The notes: generated from the sequence alone by a model not told the origin. A stretch of DNA of 64,000 nt from Candidatus Krumholzibacteriota bacterium (GCA_963764625.1 CAVXTH010000005.1:160001-224000); one strand, 5' to 3'. Positions 46,682 through 56,627 are shown, counted from the first letter of the stretch. A program made the numbers and translations.

Positions 46682-48139
46682 CTAGCCGCTCCCCGGCATT
46701 CCGGTCGCGCGCCTGAGCGAAGTTCCCTGGGGGGTGTCCTCCAGCTGGAAGCCGCGGGCTTGGATCTCGTCGCGCAGCGAATCCGCCAGGGCCCAGTCCC
46801 GCTCCCGGCGCGCCTCATCGCGGCGGAGCAGCATCTCGGCGATCTCGGGGGGAATCTCGTCGGCGGATTCGAACTCCTCGAAAAGGCCCAAAACAGCCAG
46901 AGATTCGCGCAAAACCGTGCGAACGGCCCGTAGCGGCCCCTCCTCGACCTGGGCGGACAGGGGCCGGGCCAGGAGATAGGTATTCAACTGCCGGATAAGT
47001 TCGAAGAGGGCCGCCATCGCCGCTTCGGCGTTGAAATCGTCGCAGAGTCCGGCCCCAAAGCCCTCCTGGGCTCTTTGGGCCGCCTCCTGAAGAGCGATTC
47101 CCTCCCCGCTCTGGATGCCCTCCTGAAGCCCGGTGCCCAGATCGTCCGCGCGCTGGAGCTCTTCCAGCTTCGCAAGCGCGCGCGCCATGCGGTCGTAGGC
47201 GGCCTGGGCCTCGAGCATGCGCTCGCGTCCGTACTCCATCTGGTTGCGGAAATGGCCGCGCAGAAGGTAGAAGCGCACCACTTCGGCGGGAAACTCGGTC
47301 AAGACTTCGTCCATGGCGAAGAAGTGCCCCGTGCTCTTGGACATCTTCTGGCCCTGGAGGTTCAAGAGCCCGTTGTGCATCCAATAACGGACGAACTTCC
47401 CCCCCAGCGACTTGCTCTGCGCCACTTCGTTCTCGTGGTGGGGAAAGATGAGATCGCGGCCGCCGCCGTGGAGATCAAAGCACTCGCCGAGGTACTTGGT
47501 GGACATGACCGAACACTCGATGTGCCAGCCGGGACGGCCCTTGCCCCAGGGGCTGTCCCAGGCGGGTTCCCCTTCCTTGGAGGCCTTCCAGAGGGCGAAG
47601 TCGAGCGGATCGCGTTTGTTGGCATCGACTTCGATGCGGTAGCCGCTCTCGAGATCCTCGATGCGCCGGCCCGAGAGCTCACCGTACTGGGGCCAGGACC
47701 GCACCTCGAACCAGACGCTTCCCCCGGATTCGTACGCGTGGCCCGCTTCGATCAGCCGGGCGATGTAGGCCTGGATCTCCTCGATGTGTTCGGTGACTTT
47801 CGGGTAGATCTGCGCTCGCTTGATCTTGAGCGCGTCCGCGGCGGCGAAGAAGCGGTCGATGTTCTCCTGGGCCAAGGCCGCGGGATCCTGCCCGCTCTCG
47901 TTGGCCTTGGCGATGATCTTGTCGTCGATGTCGGTGAAGTTCTGCACGTGGAGTACTTCGTAGCCCAGATTCTCCAGGCTGCGGCGAATCAGATCGGCGG
48001 ACACGAAGGCCAGCATGTGGCCCATGTGGGGACGGTCCTGCACCGTCATCCCGCACACGTACATGGTGACGCGCGGCGGATTCAGGGGCTGGAACTCCTC
48101 CTTCTTGCCCGTTTCGTGGTTGTAGATCTGCAGATTCAG
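46682..48139 (-). CDS. cysS: Cysteine--tRNA ligase (probable CTG start)
   Basis: YVCGMTV, HMGH (HIGH motif), GRPGWHIECS, PHHENE and KMSKS motifs; GGAGG sits 6 nt before CTG at 48139. Confidence 0.96.
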   Translation of the reverse strand: MNLQIYNHETGKKEEFQPLNPPRVTMYVCGMTVQDRPHMGHMLAFVSADLIRRSLENLGYEVLHVQNFTDIDDKIIAKANESGQDPAALAQENIDRFFAAADALKIKRAQIYPKVTEHIEEIQAYIARLIEAGHAYESGGSVWFEVRSWPQYGELSGRRIEDLESGYRIEVDANKRDPLDFALWKASKEGEPAWDSPWGKGRPGWHIECSVMSTKYLGECFDLHGGGRDLIFPHHENEVAQSKSLGGKFVRYWMHNGLLNLQGQKMSKSTGHFFAMDEVLTEFPAEVVRFYLLRGHFRNQMEYGRERMLEAQAAYDRMARALAKLEELQRADDLGTGLQEGIQSGEGIALQEAAQRAQEGFGAGLCDDFNAEAAMAALFELIRQLNTYLLARPLSAQVEEGPLRAVRTVLRESLAVLGLFEEFESADEIPPEIAEMLLRRDEARRERDWALADSLRDEIQARGFQLEDTPQGTSLRRATGMPGSG

Positions 48140-49077
48140 GTCGTTCCTCCTGCGGCCCGGCGCGCGCGCTCCAGAGGGCCCGCGCAGAGCGCCTCGCAGA
48201 GCTGCGGAAAGCTCAGGCCGATTTCCTTGGCGCCCATGGGTAAGAGACTCGTCTTGGTCATCCCCGGAATCGTGTTGAGTTCCAGAATCCAGAAGCGACC
48301 GTCTCCGTCCAGGCGGATGTCCATGCGGGCCATGTCGTGCAGGTCCAGGGCATCCCAGAGCCGCAGGCCCGCGTCGTGCACTCGTTTTGTCAGCTTGGCC
48401 TCGAGCCCGGCCGGACAGCGGTATTCGGTGCGGCCCGGCGTGTACTTGTTTTGATAGTCGTAGAACCCCTCCTTGGGAAGGATTTCCACCAGAGGAGTGC
48501 AACGACCGGCGACCATGGGCAAAGTGAGTTCCCGGCCGGGAATGTAGCGCTCGAGCATCCATCGGCCAGTCCGCTCTTTGCGTTCCTGCCAGACTCGGCG
48601 CAGCTCCTCCTCACTCGGCTCGATGCAGACTCCAATCGCCGATCCCTCGCACGCGGGCTTGAGCACCACCGAAGATCCCAGCTCCTTCGCCCGCGCCAGA
48701 ACCGTTTCCACCGGGGTGTCCCCGGGCAGAGTTCTCCACTGCGGGGTGGGAATCTCCAGCGAACGCAGGATGTGCTTGGTCAGCAATTTGTCCATGGTGA
48801 CGGCGCAGGCGCTGGGACCGCTCCCGACGTAGATCTTGCCCTCCAGTTCCAGGAGGGCCTGGATGCGCCCGTCCTCACCGGCGCCCCCGTGCAGGGCGAC
48901 GAAGACGAGGTCTGCTTTTTTCAGCTCTTCGCTCCGCATCGCGGCCAGGGGATCGACCGGGTCGATCGGGTCGACCTCGTGCCCCAAGGAGCGCAGAGCC
49001 TCGACCACCGCGTTCCCGGTGGCCAACGAGATCTCCCGCTCCGCACTGCTTCCGCCCATGAGGACTGCGATGCGCAC
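48136..49077 (-). CDS. ddl: D-alanine--D-alanine ligase
   Basis: GGSSAEREISL, LHGGAGEDG, FYDYQNKY and ELNTIPGMT motifs. Confidence 0.96.
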   Translation of the reverse strand: MRIAVLMGGSSAEREISLATGNAVVEALRSLGHEVDPIDPVDPLAAMRSEELKKADLVFVALHGGAGEDGRIQALLELEGKIYVGSGPSACAVTMDKLLTKHILRSLEIPTPQWRTLPGDTPVETVLARAKELGSSVVLKPACEGSAIGVCIEPSEEELRRVWQERKERTGRWMLERYIPGRELTLPMVAGRCTPLVEILPKEGFYDYQNKYTPGRTEYRCPAGLEAKLTKRVHDAGLRLWDALDLHDMARMDIRLDGDGRFWILELNTIPGMTKTSLLPMGAKEIGLSFPQLCEALCAGPLERARRAAGGTT

Positions 49078-49094
49078 TTCGTTTCACTCCGCGG

Positions 49095-49574
49095 CTAGAG
49101 TTCTTGCATGAGGACGACGGCGCGCGCGGTGAGGGCCTCGCCCCGCCCTTCCGGACCGAGCCCCTCGCCTCGGGTCGCCTTTACCGAGACGCAGTTCAAC
49201 TCGAGCTGAAGCACCCCGGCCAACGCGGCGCGCATGGTCTTGAGGTGCGGCGCCAGACGTGGAGCCTCGGCCATGACCGTGGCGTCGACGTTTCCCGGAC
49301 GCCACCCAGCGCCGCGAGCCAGAGCCACCACTTCGTGCAGGAACTCGAGGCTCGCGCGGCCCTCGTGCGCGGGATCGGTGTCGGGAAAGTGTTGGCCCAG
49401 ATCTCCCAGAGCCAGAGCGCCCAGGATGGCGTCGCAGATGGCGTGGGTCAGGGCATCGCCATCGCTGTGGCCCGAAAGGCCCTTCTCGTGATCGATCGAG
49501 ACTCCTCCCAGGATCAGCGGCCTCCCCTCCACCAGGCGATGCCGGTCGACTCCCTCTCCGATGCGAACGCTCAT
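49095..49574 (-). CDS. ispF: 2-C-methyl-D-erythritol 2,4-cyclodiphosphate synthase
   Basis: [29 protein letters not shown] and SVKAT..EGLG motifs. Confidence 0.96.
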   Translation of the reverse strand: MSVRIGEGVDRHRLVEGRPLILGGVSIDHEKGLSGHSDGDALTHAICDAILGALALGDLGQHFPDTDPAHEGRASLEFLHEVVALARGAGWRPGNVDATVMAEAPRLAPHLKTMRAALAGVLQLELNCVSVKATRGEGLGPEGRGEALTARAVVLMQEL

Positions 49575-50284
49575 CTCCGCTTCCTCTCGAACTCGCTGGC
49601 GTCATGCCCCTCGAGGATCTGCACCGCCCAGGTGAGATCCAGGTGGCTGGTGATCTTCTGATTCTGCTCCTCGCCCTCGACCAGAGCCACTTTCCGGCCG
49701 GCGGCGAGAACCACCCCGGCGTCGTCGGGATGATCCTCGATCCCGATCTTCGCGAAGGCCTCTTCGAGCACGCTCTTGGCGAAGCCCTGCGGGGTCTGAA
49801 CCGCGCGGAGACCATCCCGCGGCAGGTAGCGCTTCACTCCGCCTTGGGAGTCGGTCTCGACGGTCGAGTCCTTCACCGGCACCGTCGGCACCGCGGCCCC
49901 GTACTCCCTGGCCGCCTCGATCACCCGCCGGATGAGCGCGGGACTGGCGAAAGGACGTGCCGCGTCGTGAATGAGCACGATCTCGCACGCCTGCGGAAGC
50001 GCCGCGAGCCCGCGCCGGGAACTCTCGTGACGTGTCTTGCCTCCCACCACCACCGAGAGGAGCTTGCGCGCATCGCAGTCGAACATCTCTTCGGTCACCT
50101 CGCCGCTGCGTCCGCGCGGAACCACCACCACGAGTCCCTCGACTTCCTTGGTCTTCAGGAAAGGGGAACAGGCGTGATAGAGCAGAGTGCGTCCGGCCAC
50201 TCGCGTGAACTGCTTGGCCCCTCCGGCGCGCTTTCCCTGTCCAGCCGCCAGCACGACGGCGCACACCGAGAGCTTCTTCACCAT
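49571..50284 (-). CDS. ispD: 2-C-methyl-D-erythritol 4-phosphate cytidylyltransferase
   Basis: [34 protein letters not shown] and NQKIT motifs. Confidence 0.95.
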   Translation of the reverse strand: MVKKLSVCAVVLAAGQGKRAGGAKQFTRVAGRTLLYHACSPFLKTKEVEGLVVVVPRGRSGEVTEEMFDCDARKLLSVVVGGKTRHESSRRGLAALPQACEIVLIHDAARPFASPALIRRVIEAAREYGAAVPTVPVKDSTVETDSQGGVKRYLPRDGLRAVQTPQGFAKSVLEEAFAKIGIEDHPDDAGVVLAAGRKVALVEGEEQNQKITSHLDLTWAVQILEGHDASEFERKRR

Positions 50285-50287
50285 GAC

Positions 50288-51709
50288 TCAGTTCTCCTCG
50301 CGCCGCGTCTTCACGGTGCCCATGCCGAAGGCGATCGCCAGCGCCGCTTGCACCGTTCGCACCGTTTCGATCCGCAGCCCCTTGATCTTGGGCACAGAAG
50401 CTGAATCGAAGGCGGCCACTACTGCCCGGCGGAATCCATGCGCCGCGGCTTCCTGCAGACGGGACTTCAGATTCTCGGCCGGCCTCAGCTCGCCGGTGAG
50501 TCCCACTTCGCCCACGAGAATCTGCTCGGCCGCCAGCGCGCGTTCCTTGGCGCTGGAAGCCATGGCCGCGATCAAGGCCAGATCGGCCGCGGGGTCGTGG
50601 ACCGTGAGCCCGCCCGCGATCTTCACGAAGATGTCGAGTCCACCGACTTGCAGGTTGCCCTTGCGTTCCAGGATGGCGGCGAGCAATGCCACCCGCTTGG
50701 AGTCTACTCCCGCCACCACGCGCGAGGGGGTGGCGTAGTGGCTCGGACTCAGGAGCGCCTGGACCTCCACCAGGAAGGGGCGGGTCCCGGTTTGAATGAC
50801 GGTCACCGCGCTGCCGGGCTCGTTGACCATACGGCCGGCCAGAAAGAGCGCGCTCGGGTCGCGGACCGGGCGCAGGCCGGTATCGGTCATCTCCAGCACC
50901 GCCAGCTCTCCGGTGGCGCCGAAGCGGTTCTTGAAGGCCCGGATCAGACGCACCATCCCGTGGGGATCGGGCTCGAAGTAGAGCACCAGGTCGACCAGGT
51001 GTTCGAGCACTCGCGGCCCGGCCAGATCGCCTTCCTTGGTGACGTGTCCGGCCAGGGCGACCGCGCAGCCGGTGGCGCGGGCGAAGTCGGCCAACAGCCC
51101 GCCGCAGAAGCGGATCTGCGAAACGCTTCCCGGAATCCCCTCGAGTTGCTCGCTGTATACGGTCTGAATGGAATCGACCACCAAAAAGGCGGGGGGATTC
51201 TCGTAGAGCGCGGGCAACACCCGTTCGAGACAGGGCTCTTCCAGAACCAGATAGCCCTCGTGCAGGCAGCGGAGTCGCGCGGCGCGGCGGCGCACCTGAG
51301 CCGCGGACTCCTCGGCCGAGAGGTAGACTGCGCTGCTGCCGCTGGCGGCGAACCCGCCGCCGATCATGGTCAGAAGCGTCGACTTTCCCACCCCGGGAGC
51401 GCCGCCCAAGAGGAGGATGCTGCCGGGGACCAATCCGCCCCCCAGGACCCGGTTGAGATCGGCGGGCTCGACGAGAAGGCGCGGGAGACGGTCCGCGTCA
51501 ACTTCGGTCAGGGGCTTGGCCTCCACCAGCTTGGCGCTCGCGCGCAGTCCGCGCGCGCTGCGGCCGTCGGTCAAGGCGTCGGGGCCTACCGGACGCGATG
51601 GGCGCAGCGAGTTCCAGCTACCGCACTCGGGACAGCGCCCCAGCCAGCGCACTTCGTGGTGTCCACATTCGGCGCAGGTGAATGAACTCCGCTCTTTGGT
51701 CATCTCCAC
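50288..51709 (-). CDS. radA: DNA repair protein RadA/Sms
   Basis: C..C/C..C zinc finger; GAPGVGKST; KNRFG motif; Lon-like C-terminus. Confidence 0.97.
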   Translation of the reverse strand: MEMTKERSSFTCAECGHHEVRWLGRCPECGSWNSLRPSRPVGPDALTDGRSARGLRASAKLVEAKPLTEVDADRLPRLLVEPADLNRVLGGGLVPGSILLLGGAPGVGKSTLLTMIGGGFAASGSSAVYLSAEESAAQVRRRAARLRCLHEGYLVLEEPCLERVLPALYENPPAFLVVDSIQTVYSEQLEGIPGSVSQIRFCGGLLADFARATGCAVALAGHVTKEGDLAGPRVLEHLVDLVLYFEPDPHGMVRLIRAFKNRFGATGELAVLEMTDTGLRPVRDPSALFLAGRMVNEPGSAVTVIQTGTRPFLVEVQALLSPSHYATPSRVVAGVDSKRVALLAAILERKGNLQVGGLDIFVKIAGGLTVHDPAADLALIAAMASSAKERALAAEQILVGEVGLTGELRPAENLKSRLQEAAAHGFRRAVVAAFDSASVPKIKGLRIETVRTVQAALAIAFGMGTVKTRREEN

Positions 51710-51764
51710 TCTCCAGACCGGAGGCGTTTCGCAAAGAAACGAACCCGCGAAGCAGACCCGCAGG

Positions 51765-52679
51765 CTAGAACTGCATGAGGGTCAGGTGCAGATAGCGCTG
51801 CGGATTGCGGCGGATGTCCGCGATCAGCGCGTTCACCTGTAGAATACTGTCTTGTACCTTCGCCCCCAATTCCTCGTCGTGGATCAGTTTCCCCACCACT
51901 CCGTCCTGCTGGTTGATGGCGGCCAGGAGGATGCGGCTGTCTTCGGCGACCCGATCGAGGTGCGCGATGAGGCTGTCTACTCTCGTCATGCTGGCGGGAA
52001 GCCGATCGAGGCTCGCCCCCAAGCTGTCCGAGTGCGCGCCGAGGAAGCGATCCATGCGCGCGGTCATGGAAGCGACGTTCTTGGAAGTCTCGCTCATCTG
52101 AGTCTGGTTGTTCTCGAAGAAGCTGGCCAGCTCGCGGCTCGCCCGGGTGGCTTCCCTCAAAATCGACGCCAGTCCGTCCTTTTCGTCGAGGGTGTCCATG
52201 GTCGTTTCGAGCCGGTCGAGGAATTCGCTGAAGCGATCGCCCAACTCGGCCATCTGACCGGCGAGCTCGGGCATGGAGAAGTCGTACACGCCCTCGAAGA
52301 CATGGTCCTCCTCGCGGGGAACGAGTTCGCCGGTTCCCGGATCGAGCGCGAGAATGCGCTCTCCCACCAGTCCGATCGAAGAAATGTGGAAATTCGCGTC
52401 GCGGTGAATCTTGACGCGCCCGTCCACCTGGCAGCTCACGAGAACGCCTTTGTCCAAGAGCTGGATTTCACTCACCTTGCCCAGGGGGATCCCGCGGACC
52501 TGCACCGGATCGCCAGTGCCCAATCCGCCCACGCTGGAAAAATGCACTCTCACGAGCTGGGTCTGTTGGCGTATGCGGACGTTTTGCAAGAAGAGCAAGC
52601 CGGCAACGAGGACGACGAGGGCGAGAATCACCACGACCCCCACCTGGATCTCCTGTCGACTGCGGGCGGATGCCGTCAT
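51765..52679 (-). CDS. mlaD: MlaD/MCE family substrate-binding protein
   Basis: TM helix, then F..VGGL..GDPV..RGI..GKV and GLVGE..L.L.PG (MCE domain), then a coiled coil. Confidence 0.85.
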   Translation of the reverse strand: MTASARSRQEIQVGVVVILALVVLVAGLLFLQNVRIRQQTQLVRVHFSSVGGLGTGDPVQVRGIPLGKVSEIQLLDKGVLVSCQVDGRVKIHRDANFHISSIGLVGERILALDPGTGELVPREEDHVFEGVYDFSMPELAGQMAELGDRFSEFLDRLETTMDTLDEKDGLASILREATRASRELASFFENNQTQMSETSKNVASMTARMDRFLGAHSDSLGASLDRLPASMTRVDSLIAHLDRVAEDSRILLAAINQQDGVVGKLIHDEELGAKVQDSILQVNALIADIRRNPQRYLHLTLMQF

Positions 52680-52691
52680 GGCGCGCTCCTC

Positions 52692-53450
52692 CTAAAAGGC
52701 ATGAAGAGGTCCCTTGCTCGTTCCGTCGATGAACTGGCGCATCGGTCCCTCCGTGGTGGCTCGCGCTTCCTCGGCCGAGCCTTCGAAAATGATGTGCCCC
52801 TCGTTCAAGAGTGCGAAGCGTCGCCCGACTTCGAACGCGCTCACCATGTCGTGGGTGACCACGATCGAGGTGACACCGAGCTCCTCATCGAGCCGGCGGA
52901 TGAGAAGGTTGATGGCATCGGCCGAAATGGGATCGAGCCCCGTCGTGGGCTCATCATACAGGATGTACTCGGGAGTCGTCACGATCGCTCGCGCCAGGCT
53001 CGCTCGCTTGCGCATTCCGCCGGAAAGCTCCGACGGCATCTTGAAATAGGCCTCCGCCATTCCGACCTGAGACAGCGCGGCCCCGACTCTCTCGCGCACC
53101 TGCGCTTCACTCTCACTGGTATGCTCGCGTAACGCGAGCGCGATGTTTTCTCCCACCGTCATCGAATCGAAAAGGGCTCCCCCCTGAAAGACCATCCCGA
53201 AGCGCCGCCGCAGAGTGAACAGACCGCCGCGGGAAAGTCGCGTCACTTCCTGCCCGTCCACCAGCACCGATCCCTCGTCGGGTCGGAGCAGGCCCACCAT
53301 GAGCTTGAGCAACACGCTCTTGCCCTGCCCACTCTTGCCCAGGATGACGCGCTGCTCGCCGCGGGCGATCTGCAGATCGACCCCACGGAGCACCGACTGG
53401 TCGCCGAAGCGCTTGAAGAGCCCGCTGAGGACGATTCCGGTGGCGCTCAT
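52692..53450 (-). CDS. mlaF: MlaF-type ABC ATP-binding protein
   Basis: GKSGQGKS, FQGGALFDSM, LSGGMRKR and YDEPTTGLDP motifs. Confidence 0.88.
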   Translation of the reverse strand: MSATGIVLSGLFKRFGDQSVLRGVDLQIARGEQRVILGKSGQGKSVLLKLMVGLLRPDEGSVLVDGQEVTRLSRGGLFTLRRRFGMVFQGGALFDSMTVGENIALALREHTSESEAQVRERVGAALSQVGMAEAYFKMPSELSGGMRKRASLARAIVTTPEYILYDEPTTGLDPISADAINLLIRRLDEELGVTSIVVTHDMVSAFEVGRRFALLNEGHIIFEGSAEEARATTEGPMRQFIDGTSKGPLHAF

Positions 53451-54232
53451 GATCCGAAGAAGACCTGGAAGATGATCGTGGCCAGAAGGTAGTCCGCGAC
53501 CAGGACCATGAGGGCCGAGCTGACGACCGCGTGCATCGCCGCGCTGCCGACGCCCTGCGCGCCACCCTCGGTGTTGAATCCACTGATGACGCCGCTCACC
53601 GCGATGATTCCGCCGAAGACAGCGGCCTTGATGAGTCCTCCCCAGATGTCGTGCGCGAAGAAGAGGAACCTCAGCCCGGTGCTGAAGACCTTGGTGCTGA
53701 TGTCCAGAGTGAACAGAGAAACGATGAGCGCGCCCAGGACCGCGACCAGATCGGCGAAAATGGTCAGGACCGGCAACATGATCACGCAGGCGATAAAGCG
53801 CGGAAGGGCCAGGTAACGCACCGGGTCGATGGCCAGCATTTCCAGGGCGTCGATCTGTTCGGTCACGCGCATCGTTCCCAACTCGGCCGCGATGCTCGAG
53901 CTCACGCGCGCCCCGACCACCAGGGCGGTCAACACCGGACCCAGTTCGATGAAGACCATCTTGGCCACGACCGTGCCCAGCAGATTGGTTGGAACGTAGG
54001 CGCCCATTTGATAGGCCGACTGCACCGCCGCCACCGCTCCGGTGAAGAGCGAGGTGATCATCACGAGGGGAATCGAACCGTTCCCCACGATAAACATCTG
54101 ACGAAGGATCTCGCGGAAACTTCGATGGATGGAAGGAAGCGCCGCCGCCATGCGGGCCAGCAGCATTCCTCCCCTGCCCGCGTCGGCGACCGCGGCGATG
54201 ACGCCAGCTCCAACCCGTTGGACGATTAACAT
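53447..54232 (-). CDS. mlaE: MlaE-type ABC permease
   Basis: ELGPVLTAL, AELGTMRVTEQIDAL and GGAQGVG motifs. Confidence 0.9.
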   Translation of the reverse strand: MLIVQRVGAGVIAAVADAGRGGMLLARMAAALPSIHRSFREILRQMFIVGNGSIPLVMITSLFTGAVAAVQSAYQMGAYVPTNLLGTVVAKMVFIELGPVLTALVVGARVSSSIAAELGTMRVTEQIDALEMLAIDPVRYLALPRFIACVIMLPVLTIFADLVAVLGALIVSLFTLDISTKVFSTGLRFLFFAHDIWGGLIKAAVFGGIIAVSGVISGFNTEGGAQGVGSAAMHAVVSSALMVLVADYLLATIIFQVFFGS

Positions 54233-54238
54233 GGAGGC

Positions 54239-54268
54239 AGTATAGGCGCTCGCGCGCTCGGGCGGCAA
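54239..54268 (-). promoter_or_regulatory. Promoter for mlaEFD, probably giving a leaderless mRNA
   Basis: TTGCCG-18 nt-TATACT, then only 6 nt (GCCTCC) before the mlaE ATG; no SD sequence. Confidence 0.55.
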
Positions 54269-54278
54269 CGCCCGGGAT

Positions 54279-55733
54279 TTACCAGATCTCCGGGCCAGGA
54301 TCGCCTTGCGACGCGGCCGGAGGACCACTCGAGCCACGCTGCACGAAGTCCGGCGGCGGTACTTTGTCGCGCGCGAGGTTCGAGAAGCGAGTGAAGCGGC
54401 GATCGAAATGCAGCTTCACCGTCCCGATGGGACCGTTGCGCTGTTTGCCGATGATGAGTTCGGCGAGATTGGCCAACTCCGGATTGTCGGGCTCGTAGTA
54501 CTCCTGGCGATACACGAAACTGACCATGTCGGCGTCCTGTTCGATGGCCCCCGACTCGCGCAGATCGCTGAGCATCGGGCGATGGTCTCCCCCTCGACTC
54601 TCCACCGCGCGGGAGAGCTGTGACAGCGCCATCACCGTCACCTGAAGATCCTTGGCCAGGGCTTTGAGGGAGCGTGAAATCTGACTGATTTCCTGCTGGC
54701 GGTTCTCGCTGCGGTCGTGACTGCTCATGAGCTGCAGGTAGTCGACCACGATGAGCTTCACGCCGTGGAGTTGAACCATTCGACGGGCCTTCGAGCGCAA
54801 CTCGAGCACGGTGATTCCGCTGCTGTCGTCGATGTACACCGGCAGCTGCGTCAACTTGCCTAGTGCTTCGGTCAGACGAGGCCAATCGGTGGGCTTGAGG
54901 TGTCCGGTGCGGATGGCGTGGTTGTCGAATCCGCCGATGGAGGAGATCAGACGCGTGACGAGTTGCTCGGAGGACATCTCCAGACTGAAGAAACCCACCG
55001 CGTGCCCGTTCGAAGCCGCGTTGCAGGCCAGATTGAGTGCAAACGCGGTCTTTCCCATGGAAGGACGACCGGCCAGGATGACGAAGTCGCTTTCCTGAAA
55101 TCCACCGGTGAGCTTGTCCAGATCGGTGAAGCCCGAAGGAACTCCGGTGATCTCTCCCCCGCGCTGATACGCTTCCTGAATGTGCTGGAAGGTGAGATTG
55201 GCCAGATCCTTGAGCGCCTGGTAGCCCTTCTTCTCGGCCTGCTGCGCCAGCACGAAGAGCTCGTTCTGCGCGCGATCGAGAATCTCCTCGGCGGATTCGC
55301 CACCTTCGTAGGCATCTTTCGCGGTGGAATGACTCACCGCGATGACCTCGCGCAAGAGAGAGCGTTGACGCACGATGCGCGCGTGGTAGCCCACGTTGGC
55401 TGGGCTCACCGCGACGTCCAGCATGGCATCGAGCTCGGCCGGCCCCCCCATCTTGGCCAGCTCACCTTGCTTTTCCAGATGGTCGGCCAGCGTGATCAGG
55501 TCCGCCGGCTCGCCTCGTTCACTCAAGGCGATGAGTGATCGATAGACAGCTTGATGCCGGGGAACGTAAAAATCCTGCGGACGCAGGGTCTCCATCGACT
55601 CTCCCAACGCGTCGGCGCTCTGCAGACACGCGGACAATACGGCTCGCTCGGCTTCCGTCGCCTGGGGGGGAACCCGACCGCTGGGAAGGGTGTCGGCGCG
55701 CCGGGGAAGGGCTTGGAACTCCGCTTGATCCAT
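54279..55733 (-). CDS. dnaB: Replicative DNA helicase
   Basis: PPQ..EAE.AVL, GRPSMGKT, VDYLQL, SDLRESGAIEQDAD and KQRNGPIG motifs; no intein. Confidence 0.98.
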   Translation of the reverse strand: MDQAEFQALPRRADTLPSGRVPPQATEAERAVLSACLQSADALGESMETLRPQDFYVPRHQAVYRSLIALSERGEPADLITLADHLEKQGELAKMGGPAELDAMLDVAVSPANVGYHARIVRQRSLLREVIAVSHSTAKDAYEGGESAEEILDRAQNELFVLAQQAEKKGYQALKDLANLTFQHIQEAYQRGGEITGVPSGFTDLDKLTGGFQESDFVILAGRPSMGKTAFALNLACNAASNGHAVGFFSLEMSSEQLVTRLISSIGGFDNHAIRTGHLKPTDWPRLTEALGKLTQLPVYIDDSSGITVLELRSKARRMVQLHGVKLIVVDYLQLMSSHDRSENRQQEISQISRSLKALAKDLQVTVMALSQLSRAVESRGGDHRPMLSDLRESGAIEQDADMVSFVYRQEYYEPDNPELANLAELIIGKQRNGPIGTVKLHFDRRFTRFSNLARDKVPPPDFVQRGSSGPPAASQGDPGPEIW

Positions 55734-55810
55734 GAGTTCACCTGACTCAGAAGACTGTGAAGGCGAGGAGAAGTGCGACCCTCGGCGGGAGACGATGGTT
55801 CACCGACAGG

Positions 55811-55839
55811 AGAATAGCGTCCGACAGCCCACCCTTCAA
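55811..55839 (-). promoter_or_regulatory. Sigma70-type promoter candidate for dnaB
   Basis: TTGAAG-17 nt-TATTCT on the minus strand, about 78 nt upstream of the dnaB ATG. Confidence 0.55.
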
Positions 55840-55870
55840 GTCGCACGCGTGTAGAGAGAGCAATGAAACC

Positions 55871-55958
55871 GGGGAGTAACTCGGGGAAAAGTGGGGGATA
55901 AACGGGGGGAAAATGGGGGATAAGCGGGGGGAAAGCGGGGGATAAGCGGGGGATGAAT
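55871..55958 (+). repeat. Tandem array of eight 11-bp G-rich units (consensus GGGGGRWAARY), DnaA-box-like
   Basis: Units read directly: GGGGAGTAACT CGGGGAAAAGT GGGGGATAAAC GGGGGGAAAAT GGGGGATAAGC GGGGGGAAAGC GGGGGATAAGC GGGGGATGAAT, followed by a partial GGGGATATG. Confidence 0.85.
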
Positions 55959-56042
55959 TCGGGGATATGGCGCCTTATCGCGGTCTGCTTATCCTGTGCG
56001 GCACACACGAGGGCAACCCCAAACCCAGGAAAGGTCTCTACC

Positions 56043-56627
56043 ATGAGCTTCGAGCTTCCTGCTCTTCCTTTCGACAAGAACGCCTTGGACCCCTACATGA
56101 GCGCCGAGACACTGGAGTACCACCACGGCAAACATCACAACGCCTACGTGAACAATCTCAACAAACTCATCGATGGCACGGAGTGGGCGGAGAAGAAGCT
56201 CGAGGATATCATCCAGGGTGCGACCGGCGGCGTATTCAACAATGCGGCCCAACACTACAACCACAGTTTCTTCTGGAAGTGCCTCAAGCCCAACGGTGGC
56301 GGCACCCCTTCCGGTGAACTCATGAAGGCGCTCGAAAAGGACTTCGGCGATTACCAGACCTTCCGCGAGGGCTTTGCCAAGACCTGCGCCACCCATTTCG
56401 GCAGCGGTTGGGGCTGGCTGGTCAAGAAGAACGGCAAGCTCGAACTCATGAGCACCGCGAACGCCGACACTCCCATGACGCACGGCGCCACCGCGCTCTT
56501 GACGATCGACGTGTGGGAGCACGCGTACTACATCGACTATCGGAACGATCGGGCTAAGTTCATCGAGACCATCATGACCAAGCTCGTGAATTGGGACACG
56601 GTGGAGCAGAACTTCAAGAAGGCCTGA
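56043..56627 (+). CDS. sodB: Superoxide dismutase (Fe/Mn family, probably Fe)
   Basis: MSFELPALPF, HHGKHHNAYV, FNNAAQHYNH, FGSGWGWL and DVWEHAYY motifs. Confidence 0.93.
   Translation: MSFELPALPFDKNALDPYMSAETLEYHHGKHHNAYVNNLNKLIDGTEWAEKKLEDIIQGATGGVFNNAAQHYNHSFFWKCLKPNGGGTPSGELMKALEKDFGDYQTFREGFAKTCATHFGSGWGWLVKKNGKLELMSTANADTPMTHGATALLTIDVWEHAYYIDYRNDRAKFIETIMTKLVNWDTVEQNFKKA

Noticed and set aside
55871-55958. Array read as a CRISPR array or as oriC
   Set aside because: There are no unique spacers and no cas genes. There is also no dnaA/dnaN, no AT-rich unwinding element and no DnaA-trio run adjacent, so oriC is unsupported.
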